Assembly: GCA_964016885.1 (NCBI GenBank)
Contig: CAXHJY010000360.1
Coordinates: forward strand, 1-56,000
DNA: 56,000 nt
Direction of reading: 5' to 3'
Origin: Eledone cirrhosa
Lineage: Eukaryota
Position 1 is the stretch's first letter. Each line of letters starts with the position of its first letter. Positions 24,501 to 37,000 of this stretch are shown here, piece after piece. The notes below the pieces were generated by a model, which did no database searches, was not told where the DNA came from, and saw only the letters and a list, made by a program, of their open reading frames with translations. Position numbers and translations under genes: made by a program.

Positions 24501-27200
24501 CCGCCTGATTTTTTTAAAAATTATCTTCCCTTGGCTGGCGGGAAATTATCTCCCCTTGGACGGCTGGAAATTATATCCCCTTGGAAGGATGGAAATTATC
24601 TCCCCTTGGACGGCTGGAAATTATCTCCCCTTGGACGGCTGGAAATTATCTCCCCTTGGACGGCTGGATATTATCTCCCCTTTCATTTTTTTTACAAATT
24701 ATCTCCCCCTGATTTTTTTTACAAATTATCTCCCCCTGATTTTTTTTTACAATTTATCTACCCCTGATTTTTTTTTACAAATTATCTCCCCCTGATTTTT
24801 TTTACAAATTATCTCCCCCTGATTTTTTTTTTACAAATTATCTCCCCCTGATTTTTTTACAAATTATCTCCCCCTGATTTTTTTTACAAATTATCTCCGC
24901 CTGATTTTTTTAAATATTATCTTCCCTTGGCTGGCGGGAAATTATCTCCCCTTGGACGGCTGGAAATTATCTCCCCTTGATTTTTTTTACAAATTATCTC
25001 CCCCTGATTTTTTTTTACAAATTATCTCCCCCTGATTTTTTTTACAAATTATCTCCCCCTGATTTTTTTTTACAAATTATCTCCCCCTGATTTTTTTTAC
25101 AAATTATCTCCCCCTGATTTTTTTACAAATTACCTCCCCTTGGCTGGCTGGAAATTATCTCACCTTGGAGGCTGGAATTTATCTCCCCTTGGACGGCTAG
25201 AAATTACCTCTCCTTGGACGGCTGGAAAATATGTCCTTGGACGGCTGGATATTATCTACCCTTGGACGGCTGGAAATTATCTCCCCTTGGACGGCTGGAA
25301 ATTATCTCCCCTTGGACGGCTAGATATTACCTCCCCTTGGACGGCTGGAAATTATCTCCCCTTGATTTTTTTTACAAATTATCTCCCCCTGATTTTTTTT
25401 ACAAATCTCTCAATGATTTTTTAAAAAAAATTATCTCCCCTTCGCTGGCTGGAAATTATCTCCCCTTGGACGCTGGAAATTATAGCCCCTTGGAGGGCTG
25501 GAAATTATCTTCCCTTGGACGGCTGGAAATTATCTCCCCTTGATTTTTTTTACAAATTATCTCCCCCTGATTTTTTTTTACAAATTATCTCCCCCTGATT
25601 TTTTTTACAAATTATCTCCCCCTGATTTTTTTTACAAATTATCTCCCCCTGATTTTTTTACAAATTATCTCCCCCTGATTTTTTTTACAAATTATCTCCG
25701 CCTAATTTTTTTAAATATTATCTTCCCTTGGCTGGCGGGAAATTATCTCCCCTTGGACGGCTGAAAATTATCTCCCCTTGGACGGCTGGAAATTATCTCC
25801 CCTTGATTTTTTTTACAAATTATCTCCCCCTGATTATTTTTTACAAATTATCTACCCCTGATTTTTTTTTACAAATTATCTCCCCCTGATTTTTTTTACA
25901 AATTATCTCCCCCTGATTTTTTTTACAAATTATCTCCCCTTGGCTGGCTGGAAATTATCTCCCCTTGGAGGCTGGAATTTATCTCCCCTTGGACGGCTAG
26001 GAATTACCTCTCCTTGGACGGCTGGAAAATATGTCTCCTTGGACGGCTGGAAATTATCTCCCCTTGGACGGCTGGAAATTATCTCCCCTTGGACGGCTGG
26101 AAATTATCTCTCCTTGGACGGCTAGAAATTACCTCTCCTTGGACGGCTGAAAATTATCTCCCCTTGGACGGCTGGAAATTATATCCCCTTGGAAGGATGG
26201 AAATTATCTCCCCTTGGACGGCTGGAAATTATATCCCCTTGGAAGGATGGAAATTATCTCCCCTTGGACGGCTGGAAATTATCTCCCCTTGGACGGCTGG
26301 AAATTATCTCCCCTTGGACGGCTGGATATTATCTCCCCTTTCATTTTTTTTACAAGTTATCTCCCCCTGATTTTTTTTTACAAATTATCTCCCCCTGATT
26401 TTTTTTTACAAATTATCTACCCCTGATTTTTTTTTACAAATTATCTCCCCCTGATTTTTTTTAAAAATTATCTCCCCCTGATTTTTTTTTTTACAAATTA
26501 TCTCCCCCTGATTTTTTTACAAATTATCTCCCCCTGATTTTTTTTACAAATTATCTCCGTCTGATTTTTTTGAATATTATCTTCCCTTGGCTGGCGGGAA
26601 ATTATCTCCCCTTGGACGGCTGAAAATTATCTCCCCTTGGACGGCTGGAAATTATCTCCCCTTGATTTTTTTTACAAATTATCTCCCCCTGATTTTTTTT
26701 TACAAATTATCTCCCCCTGATTTTTTTTTTACAAATTATCTCCGCCTGATTTTTTTTTAAATTATCTCTCCTTGGACGGCTGGAAATTATCTCCCCTTGA
26801 TTTTTTTTACAAATTATCTCCTCCTGATTTTTTTTACAAATTATCTCCCCCTGATTTTTTTTTACAAATTATCTCCCCCTGATTTTTTTTTACAAATTAT
26901 CTCCCCCTGATTTTTTTTTACAAATTATCTCCGCCTGATTTTTTTTAAAATTATCTCTCCTTGGACGGCTGGAAATTATCTCCCCTTGATTTTTTTTACA
27001 AATTATCTCCCCCTGATTTTTTTTTACAAATTATCTCCCCCTGATTTTTTTTTACAAATTATCTACCCCTGATTTTTTTTTACAAATTATCTCCCCCTGA
27101 TTTTTTTTGCAAATTATCTCCCCCTGATTTTTTTTTACAAATTATCTCCCCCTGATTTTTTTTTACAAATTATCTCCCCCTGATTTTTTTTACAAATTAT
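20650..27200. repeat. 3,153-3,154-bp tandem duplication
   Basis: Offsets 20899/24052 and 21378/24531 (3,153); 21986/25140, 22860/26014 and 23035/26189 (3,154). Shared private variants GGAGGGCTGGAAAATATG (~21072, ~24225) and AAATCTCTCAATG (~22249, ~25403). Confidence 0.93.
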
Positions 27201-30200
27201 CTCCCCCTGATTTTTTTACAAATTATCTCCCCTTGGCTGGCTGGAAATTATCTCCCCTTGGAGGCTGGAATTTATCTCCCCTTGGACGGCTAGAAATTAC
27301 CTCTCCTTGGACGGCTGGAAAATATGTCCTTGGACGGCTGGATATTATCTACCCTTGGACGGCTGGAAATTATCTCCCCTTGGACGGCTAGAAATTACCT
27401 CTCCTTGGACGGCTGGAAAATATGTCCTTGGGCGGCTGGATATTATCTACCCTTGGACGGCTGGAAATTATCTCCCGTTGGACGGCTGGAAATTATCTAC
27501 CCTTGGACGGCTAGATATTACCTCCCCTTGGACGGCTGGAAATTATCTCCCCTTGATTTTTTTTACAAATTATCTCCCCCTGATTTTTTTTACAAATCTC
27601 CCAATGATTTTTTTTAAAAAATTATCTCCCCTTCGCTGGCTGGAAATTATCTCCCCTTGGACGCTGGAAATTATAGCCCCTTGGAGGGCTGGAAATTATC
27701 TTCCCTTGGACGGCTGGAAATTATCTCCCCTTGATTTTTTTTACAAATTATCTCCCCCTGATTTTTTTTTACAAATTATCTACCCCTGATTTTTTTTTAC
27801 AAATTATCTCCCCCTGATTTTTTTTACAAATTATCTCCCCCTGATTTTTTTTACAAATTATCTCCGCCTGATTTTTTAAAAAAAATTATCTCCCCTTGGA
27901 CGGCTGGAAATTATCTCCCCTTGGACGGCTGGCAATTATCTCCCCTTGGACGGCTAGAAATTACCTCTCCTTGGACGACTGAAAATTATCTCCCCTTGGA
28001 CGGCTGCAAATTATCTCCCCTTGATTTTTTTTACAAATTATCTCCGCCTGATTTTTTTTTTAAAATTATCTCCCCTTGGACGGCTGGAAATTACCTCCCC
28101 TTGGACGGCTGGAAATTATCTCCCCTTGGACGGCTAGAAATTACCTCTCCTTGGACAGCTGAAAATTATCTCCCCTTGGACGGCTGGAAATTATCTCCCC
28201 TTAATTTTTTTTACAAATTATCTCCCCCTGATTTTTTTTTACAAATTATCTCCCCCTGATTTTTTTTTACAAATTATCTACCCCTGATTTTTTTTTACAA
28301 ATTATCTCCCCATGATTTTTTTTACAAATTATCTCCCCCTGATTTTTTTTACAAATTATCTCCCCCTGATTTTTTTACAAATTATCTCCCCCTGATTTTT
28401 TTTACAAATTATCTCCGCCTAATTTTTTTAAATATTATCTTCCCTTGGCTGGCGGGAAATTATCTCCCCTTGGACGGCTGGAAATTATCTCCCCTTGATT
28501 TTTTTTTACAAATTATCTCCCCCTGATTATTTTTTACAAATTATCTCCCCCTGATTTTTTTACAAATTATCTCCCCCCTGATTTTTTTTACAATCTCCGC
28601 CTGATTTTTTTAAAAATTATCTTCCCTTGGCTGGCGGGAAATTATCTCCCCTTGGACGGCTGGAAATTATATCCCCTTGGAAGGATGGAAATTATCTCCC
28701 CTTGGACGGCTGGAAATTATCTCCCCTTGGACGGCTGGAAATTATCTCCCCTTGGACGGCTGGATATTATCTCCCCTTTCATTTTTTTTACAAATTATCT
28801 CCCCCTGATTTTTTTTACAAATTATCTCCCCCTGATTTTTTTTTACAATTTATCTACCCCTGATTTTTTTTTACAAATTATCTCCCCCTGATTTTTTTTA
28901 CAAATTATCTCCCCCTGATTTTTTTTTTACAAATTATCTCCCCCTGATTTTTTTACAAATTATCTCCCCCTGATTTTTTTTACAAATTATCTCCGCCTGA
29001 TTTTTTTAAATATTATCTTCCCTTGGCTGGCGGGAAATTATCTCCCCTTGGACGGCTGGAAATTATCTCCCCTTGATTTTTTTTACAAATTATCTCCCCC
29101 TGATTTTTTTTTACAAATTATCTCCCCCTGATTTTTTTTACAAATTATCTCCCCCTGATTTTTTTTTACAAATTATCTCCCCCTGATTTTTTTTACAAAT
29201 TATCTCCCCCTGATTTTTTTACAAATTATCTCCCCTTGGCTGGCTGGAAATTATCTCACCTTGGAGGCTGGAATTTATCTCCCCTTGGACGGCTAGAAAT
29301 TACCTCTCCTTGGACGGCTGGAAAATATGTCCTTGGACGGCTGGATATTATCTACCCTTGGACGGCTGGAAATTATCTCCCCTTGGACGGCTGGAAATTA
29401 TCTCCCCTTGGACGGCTAGATATTACCTCCCCTTGGACGGCTGGAAATTATCTCCCCTTGATTTTTTTTACAAATTATCTCCCCCTGATTTTTTTTACAA
29501 ATCTCCCAATGATTTTTTAAAAAAAATTATCTCCCCTTCGCTGGCTGGAAATTATCTCCCCTTGGACGCTGGAAATTATAGCCCCTTGGAGGGCTGGAAA
29601 TTATCTTCCCTTGGACGGCTGGAAATTATCTCCCCTTGATTTTTTTTACAAATTATCTCCCCCTGATTTTTTTTTACAAATTATCTCCCCCTGATTTTTT
29701 TTACAAATTATCTCCCCCTGATTTTTTTTACAAATTATCTCCCCCTGATTTTTTTACAAATTATCTCCCCCTGATTTTTTTTACAAATTATCTCCGCCTA
29801 ATTTTTTTAAATATTATCTTCCCTTGGCTGGCGGGAAATTATCTCCCCTTGGACGGCTGAAAATTATCTCCCCTTGGACGGCTGGAAATTATCTCCCCTT
29901 GATTTTTTTTACAAATTATCTCCCCCTGATTATTTTTTACAAATTATCTCCCCCTGATTTTTTTTTACAAATTATCTCCCCCTGATTTTTTTTACAAATT
30001 ATCTCCCCCTGATTTTTTTTACAAATTATCTCCCCTTGGCTGGCTGGAAATTATCTCCCCTTGGAGGCTGGAATTTATCTCCCCTTGGACGGCTAGGAAT
30101 TACCTCTCCTTGGACGGCTGGAAAATATGTCTCCTTGGACGGCTGGAAATTATCTCCCCTTGGACGGCTGGAAATTATCTCCCCTTGGACGGCTGGAAAT

Positions 30201-31850
30201 TATCTCTCCTTGGACGGCTAGAAATTACCTCTCCTTGGACGGCTGAAAATTATCTCCCCTTGGACGGCTGGAAATTATATCCCCTTGGAAGGATGGAAAT
30301 TATCTCCCCTTGGACGGCTGGAAATTATATCCCCTTGGAAGGATGGAAATTATCTCCCCTTGGACGGCTGGAAATTATCTCCCCTTGGACGGCTGGAAAT
30401 TATCTCCCCTTGGACGGCTGGATATTATCTCCCCTTTCATTTTTTTTACAAATTATCTCCCCCTGATTTTTTTTACAAATTATCTCCCCCTGATTTTTTT
30501 TTACAAATTATCTACCCCTGATTTTTTTTTACAAATTATCTCCCCCTGATTTTTTTTAAAAATTATCTCCCCCTGATTTTTTTTTTTACAAATTATCTCC
30601 CCCTGATTTTTTTACAAATTATCTCCCCCTGATTTTTTTTACAAATTATCTCCGCCTGATTTTTTTGAATATTATCTTCCCTTGGCTGGCGGGAAATTAT
30701 CTCCCCTTGGACGGCTGAAAATTATCTCCCCTTGGACGGCTGGAAATTATCTCCCCTTGATTTTTTTTACAAATTATCTCCCCCTGATTTTTTTTTACAA
30801 ATTATCTCCCCCTGATTTTTTTTTACAAATTATCTCCGCCTGATTTTTTTAAAAATTATCTCTCCTTGGACGGCTGGAAATTATCTCCCCTTGATTTTTT
30901 TTACAAATTATCTCCTCCTGATTTTTTTTACAAATTATCTCCCCCTGATTTTTTTTTACAAATTATCTCCCCCTGATTTTTTTTTACAAATTATCTCCCC
31001 CTGATTTTTTTTTACAAATTATCTCCGCCTGATTTTTTTTTAAATTATCTCTCCTTGGACGGCTGGAAATAATCTCCCCTTGATTTTTTTTACAAATTAT
31101 CTCCCCCTGATTTTTTTTTACAAATTATCTCCCCCTGATTTTTTTTTACAAATTATCTACCCCTGATTTTTTTTTACAAATTATCTCCCCCTGATTTTTT
31201 TTGCAAATTATCTCCCCCTGATTTTTTTTTACAAATTATCTCCCCCTGATTTTTTTTTACAAATTATCTCCCCCTGATTTTTTTTACAAATTATCTCCCC
31301 CTGATTTTTTTACAAATTATCTACCCTTGGCTGGCTGGAAATTATCTCCCCTTGGAGGCTGGAATTTATCTCCCCTTGGACGGCTAGAAATTACCTCTCC
31401 TTGGACGGCTGGAAAATATGTCCTTGGACGGCTGGATATTATCTACCCTTGGACGGCTGGAAATTATCTCCCCTTGGACGGCTAGAAATTACCTCTCCTT
31501 GGACGGCTGGAAAATATGTCCTTGGGCGGCTGGATATTATCTACCCTTGGACGGCTGGAAATTATCTCCCGTTGGACGGCTGGAAATTATCTACCCTTGG
31601 ACGGCTAGATATTACCTCCCCTTGGACGGCTGGAAATTATCTCCCCTTGATTTTTTTTACAAATTATCTCCCCCTGATTTTTTTTACAAATCTCCCAATG
31701 ATTTTTTTTAAAAAATTATCTCCCCTTCGCTGGCTGGAAATTATCTCCCCTTGGACGCTGGAAATTATAGCCCCTTGGAGGGCTGGAAATTATCTTCCCT
31801 TGGACGGCTGGAAATTATCTCCCCTTGATTTTTTTTACAAATTATCTCCC
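24370..31850. repeat. ~4,095-bp imperfect higher-order duplication
   Basis: Offsets 24531/28627, 25140/29236 and 26014/30110 are 4,096; 27307/31401 is 4,094. Confidence 0.85.
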
Positions 31851-34084
31851 CCTGATTTTTTTTTACAAATTATCTCCCCCTGATTTTTTTTTACGAATTA
31901 TCTCCCCCTGATTTTTTTTTACAAATTATCTCCGCCTGATTTTAAAAAAAAAATTATCTCCCCTTGGACGGCTGGAAATTATCTCCCCTTGGACGGCTGG
32001 AAATTATCTCCCCTTGAACGGCTAGAAATTACCTTTCCTTGGACGGCTGAAAATTATCTCCCCTTGGACGGCTGCAAATTATCTCCCCTTGATTTTTTAA
32101 ACAAATTATCTCCCCCTGATTTTTTTTTACAAATTATCTCCCCCTGATTTTTTTTTACAAATTATCTACGCCTAATTTTTTTTACAAATTATCTCCCCCT
32201 GATTTTTTTTTACAAATTATCTCCCCCTGATTTTGTTTACAAATTATCTCCCCCTGATTTTTTTTACAAATTATCTCCGCCTGATTTTTAAAAAAAAATT
32301 ATCTCCCCTTGGACGGCTGGAAATTATCTCCCCTTGGACGGCTGGAAATTATCTCCCCTTTGACGGCTAGAAATTACCTCTCCTTGGACGACTGAAAATT
32401 ATCTCCCATTGGACGGCTGCAAATTATCTCCCCTTGATTTTTTTTACAAATTATCTCCGCCTGATTTTTTTTTTAATTTATCTCCCCTTGGACGGCTGGA
32501 AATTACCTCCCCTTGGACGGCTGGAAATTATCTCCCCTTGGACGGCTAGAAATTACCTCTCCTTGGACGGCTGAAAATTATCTCCCCTTGGACGGCTGGA
32601 AATTATCTCCCCTTGATTTTTTTTACAAATTATCTCCCCCTCATTTTTTTTTACAAATTAACTCCCCCTGATTTTTTTTTTACAAATTATCTCCGCCTCA
32701 TTTTTTTTTAAAATTATCTCTCCTTGGACGGCTGGATATTATCTCCCCTTGATTTTTTTTACAAATTATCTCCCCCTGATTTTTTTTTACAAATTATCTC
32801 CCCCTGATTTTTTTTTACAAATTATCTACCCCTGATTTTTTTTTACAAATTATCTCCCCATGATTTTTTTTACAAATTATCTCCCCCTGATTTTTTTTAC
32901 AAATTATCTCCCCCTGATTTTTTTACAAATTATCTCCCCCTGATTTTTTTTACAAATTATCTCCGCCTAATTTTTTTAAATATTATCTTCCCTTGGCTGG
33001 CGGGAAATTATCTCCCCTTGGACGGCTGGAAATTATCTCCCCTTGAATTTTTTTACAAATTATCTCCCCCTGATTTTTTTTTACAAATTATCTCCCCCTG
33101 ATTTTTTTACAAATTATCTCCCCCCTGATTTTTTTTACAATCTCCGCCTGATTTTTTTAAAAATTATCTTCCCTTGGCTGGCGGGAAATTATCTCCCCTT
33201 GGACGGCTGGAAATTATATCCCCTTGGAAGGATGGAAATTATCTCCCCTTGGACGGCTGGAAATTATCTCCCCTTGGACGGCTGGAAATTATCTCCCCTT
33301 GGACGGCTGGATATTATCTCCCCTTTCATTTTTTTTACAAATTATCTCCCCCTGATTTTTTTTACAAATTATCTCCCCCTGATTTTTTTTTACAATTTAT
33401 CTACCCCTGATTTTTTTTTACAAATTATCTCCCCCTGATTTTTTTACAAATTATCTCCCCCTGATTTTTTTTTTACAAATTATCTCCCCCTGATTTTTTT
33501 ACAAATTATCTCCCCCTGATTTTTTTTACAAATTATCTCCGCCTGATTTTTTTAAATATTATCTTCCCTTGGCTGGCGGGAAATTATCTCCCCTTGGACG
33601 GCTGGAAATTATCTCCCCTTGATTTTTTTTACAAATTATCTCCCCTTGGACGGCTGAAAATTATCTCCCCTTGGACGGCTGGAAATTATCTCCCCTTGAT
33701 TTTTTTTACAAATTATCTCCCCCTGATTTTTTTTACAAATTATCTCCCCCTGATTTTTTTTTTACAAATTATCTCCCCCTGATTTTTTTACAAATTATCT
33801 CCCCCTGATTTTTTTTACAAATTATCTCCGCCTGATTTTTTTAAATATTATCTTCCCTTGGCTGGCGGGAAATTATCTCCCCTTGGACGGCTGAAAATTA
33901 TCTCCCCTTGGACGGCTGGAAATTATCTCCCCTTGATTTTTTTTACAAATTATCTCCCCCTGATTTTTTTTTACAAATTATCTCCCCCTGATTTTTTTTA
34001 CAAATTATCTCCCCCTGATTTTTTTACAAATTATCTCCACTTGGCTGGCTGGAAATTATCTCCCCTTGGACGGCTGGAAATTAT

Positions 34085-37000
34085 CTCCCCTTGATTTTTT
34101 TTACAAATTATCTCCCCCTGATTTTTTTTTACAAATTATCTCCCCCTGATTTTTTTTTACAAATTATCTCCCCCTGATTTTTTTTACAAATTATCTCCCC
34201 CTGATTTTTTTTTACAAATTATCTCCCTGATATTTTTTACAAATTATCTCCCCCTGATTTTTTTACAAATTATCTCCACTTGGCTGGCTGGAAATTATCT
34301 CCCCTTGGAGGCTGGAATTTATCTCCCCTTGGACGGCTAGAAATTACCTCGCCTTGGACGGCTGGAAAATATGTCTCCTTGGACGGCTGGAAATTATCTC
34401 ACCTTGGACGGCTGGAAATTATCTCTCCATGATTTTTTTTACAAATTATCTCCCCCTGATTTTTTTTTACAAATTATCTCCCCCTGATTTTGTTTACAAA
34501 TTATCTCCCCCTGATTTTTTTTACAAATTATCTCCGCCTGATTTTTTAAAAAAAATTATCTCCCCTTGGACGGCTGGAAATTATCTCCCCTTGGACGGCT
34601 GGCAATTATCTCCCCTTGGACGGCTAGAAATTACCTCTCCTTGGACGACTGAAAATTATCTCCCCTTGGACGGCTGCAAATTATCTCCCCTTGATTTTTT
34701 TTACAAATTATCTCCGCCTGATTTTTTTTTTAAAATTATCTCCCCTTGGACGGCTGGAAATTACCTCCCCTTGGACGGCTGGAAATTATCTCCCCTTGGA
34801 CGGCTAGAAATTACCTCTCCTTGGACGGCTGAAAATTATCTCCCCTTGGACGGCTGGAAATTATCTCCCCTTGATTTTTTTTACAAATTATCTCCCCCTG
34901 ATTTTTTTTTACAAATTATCTCCCCCTGATTTTTTTTTACAAATTATCTACCCCTGATTTTTTTTTACAAATTATCTCCCCATGAATTTTTTTACAAATT
35001 ATCTCCCCCTGATTTTTTTTACAAATTATCTCCCCCTGATTTTTTTACAAATTATCTCCCCCTGATTTTTTTTACAAATTATCTCCGCCTAATTTTTTTA
35101 AATATTATCTTCCCTTGGCTGGCGGGAAATTATCTCCCCTTGGACGGCTGGAAATTATCTCCCCTTGATTTTTTTTTACAAATTATCTCCCCCTGATTAT
35201 TTTTTACAAATTATCTCCCCCTGATTTTTTTTTACAAATTATCTCCCCCTGATTTTTTTACAAATTATCTCCCCCCTGATTTTTTTTACAATCTCCGCCT
35301 GATTTTTTTAAAAATTTTCTTCCCTTGGCTGGCGGGAAATTATCTCCCCTTGGACGGCTGGAAATTATATCCCCTTGGAAGGATGGAAATTATCTCCCCT
35401 TGGACGGCTGGAAATTATCTCCCCTTGGACGGCTGGAAATTATCTCCCCTTGGACGGCTGGATATTATCTCCCCTTTCATTTTTTTTACAAATTATCTCC
35501 CCCTGATTTTTTTTACAAATTATCTCCCCCTGATTTTTTTTTACAATTTATCTACCCCTGATTTTTTTTTACAAATTATCTCCCCCTGATTCTTTTTACA
35601 AATTATCTCCCCCTGATTTTTTTTTTACAAATTATCTCCCCCTGATTTTTTTACAAATTATCTCCCCCTGATTTTTTTTACAAATTATCTCCGCCTGATT
35701 TTTTCAAATATTATCTTCCCTTGGCTGGCGGGAAATTATCTCCCCTTGGACGGCTGAAAATTATCTCCCCTTGGACGGCTGGAAATTATCTCCCCTTGAT
35801 TTTTTTACAAATTATCTCCCCCTGATTTTTTTTTACAAATTATCTCCCCCTGATTTTTTTTTACAAATTATCTCCCCCTGATTTTTTTTTACAAATTATC
35901 TCCCCCTGATTTTTTTTACAAATTATCTCCCCCTGATTTTTTTACAAATTATCTCCCCTTGGCTGGCTGGAAATTATCTCACCTTGGAGGCTGGAATTTA
36001 TCTCCCCTTGGACGGCTAGAAATTACCTCTCCTTGGACGGCTGGAAAATATGTCCTTGGACGGCTGGATATTATCTACCCTTGGACGGCTGGAAATTATC
36101 TCCCCTTGGACGGCTGGAAATTATCTCCCCTTGGACGGCTAGATATTACCTCCCCTGGGACGGCTGGAAATTATCTCCCCTTGATTTTTTTTACAAATTA
36201 TCTCCCCCTGATTTTTTTTACAAATCTCCCAATGATTTTTTAAAAAAAATTATCTCCCCTTCGCTGGCTGGAAATTATCTCCCCTTGGACGCTGGAAATT
36301 ATAGCCCCTTGGAGGGCTGGAAATTATCTTCCCTTGGACGGCTGGAAATTATCTCCCCTTGATTTTTTTTACAAATTATCTCCCCCTGATTTTTTTTTAC
36401 AAATTATCTCCCCCTGATTTTTTTTACAAATTATCTCCCCCTGATTTTTTTTACAAATTATCTCCCCCTGATTTTTTTACAAATTATCTCCCCCTGATTT
36501 TTTTTACAAATTATCTCCGCCTAATTTTTTTAAATATTATCTTCCCTTGGCTGGCGGGAAATTATCTCCCCTTGGACGGCTGAAAATTATCTCCCCTTGG
36601 ACGGCTGGAAATTATCTCCCCTTGATTTTTTTTACAAATTATCTCCCCCTGATTATTTTTTACAAATTATCTACCCCTGATTTTTTTTTACAAATTATCT
36701 CCCCCTGATTTTTTTTACAAATTATCTCCCCCTGATTTTTTTTACAAATTATCTCCCCTTGGCTGGCTGGAAATTATCTCCCCTTGGAGGCTGGAATTTA
36801 TCTCCCCTTGGACGGCTAGGAATTACCTCTCCTTGGACGGCTGGAAAATATGTCTCCTTGGACGGCTGGAAATTATCTCCCCTTGGACGGCTGGAAATTA
36901 TCTCCCCTTGGACGGCTGGAAATTATCTCTCCTTGGACGGCTAGAAATTACCTCTCCTTGGACGGCTGAAAATTATCTCCCCTTGGACGGCTGGAAATTA

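Larger units (their letters stand above)
22..36907. repeat. ~17-20-kb super-repeat (two imperfect copies, ~22-16,799 and ~16,800-36,907)
   Basis: Collinear offsets: 16,889 (1100/17989, 3339/20228, 4489/21378), then 20,042 (4010/24052, 5972/26014) after the extra 3,153-bp copy, then ~20,460 (8778/29236), ~19,630 (13546/33174) and ~20,100 (14253/34354, 16725/36833). Confidence 0.8.
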
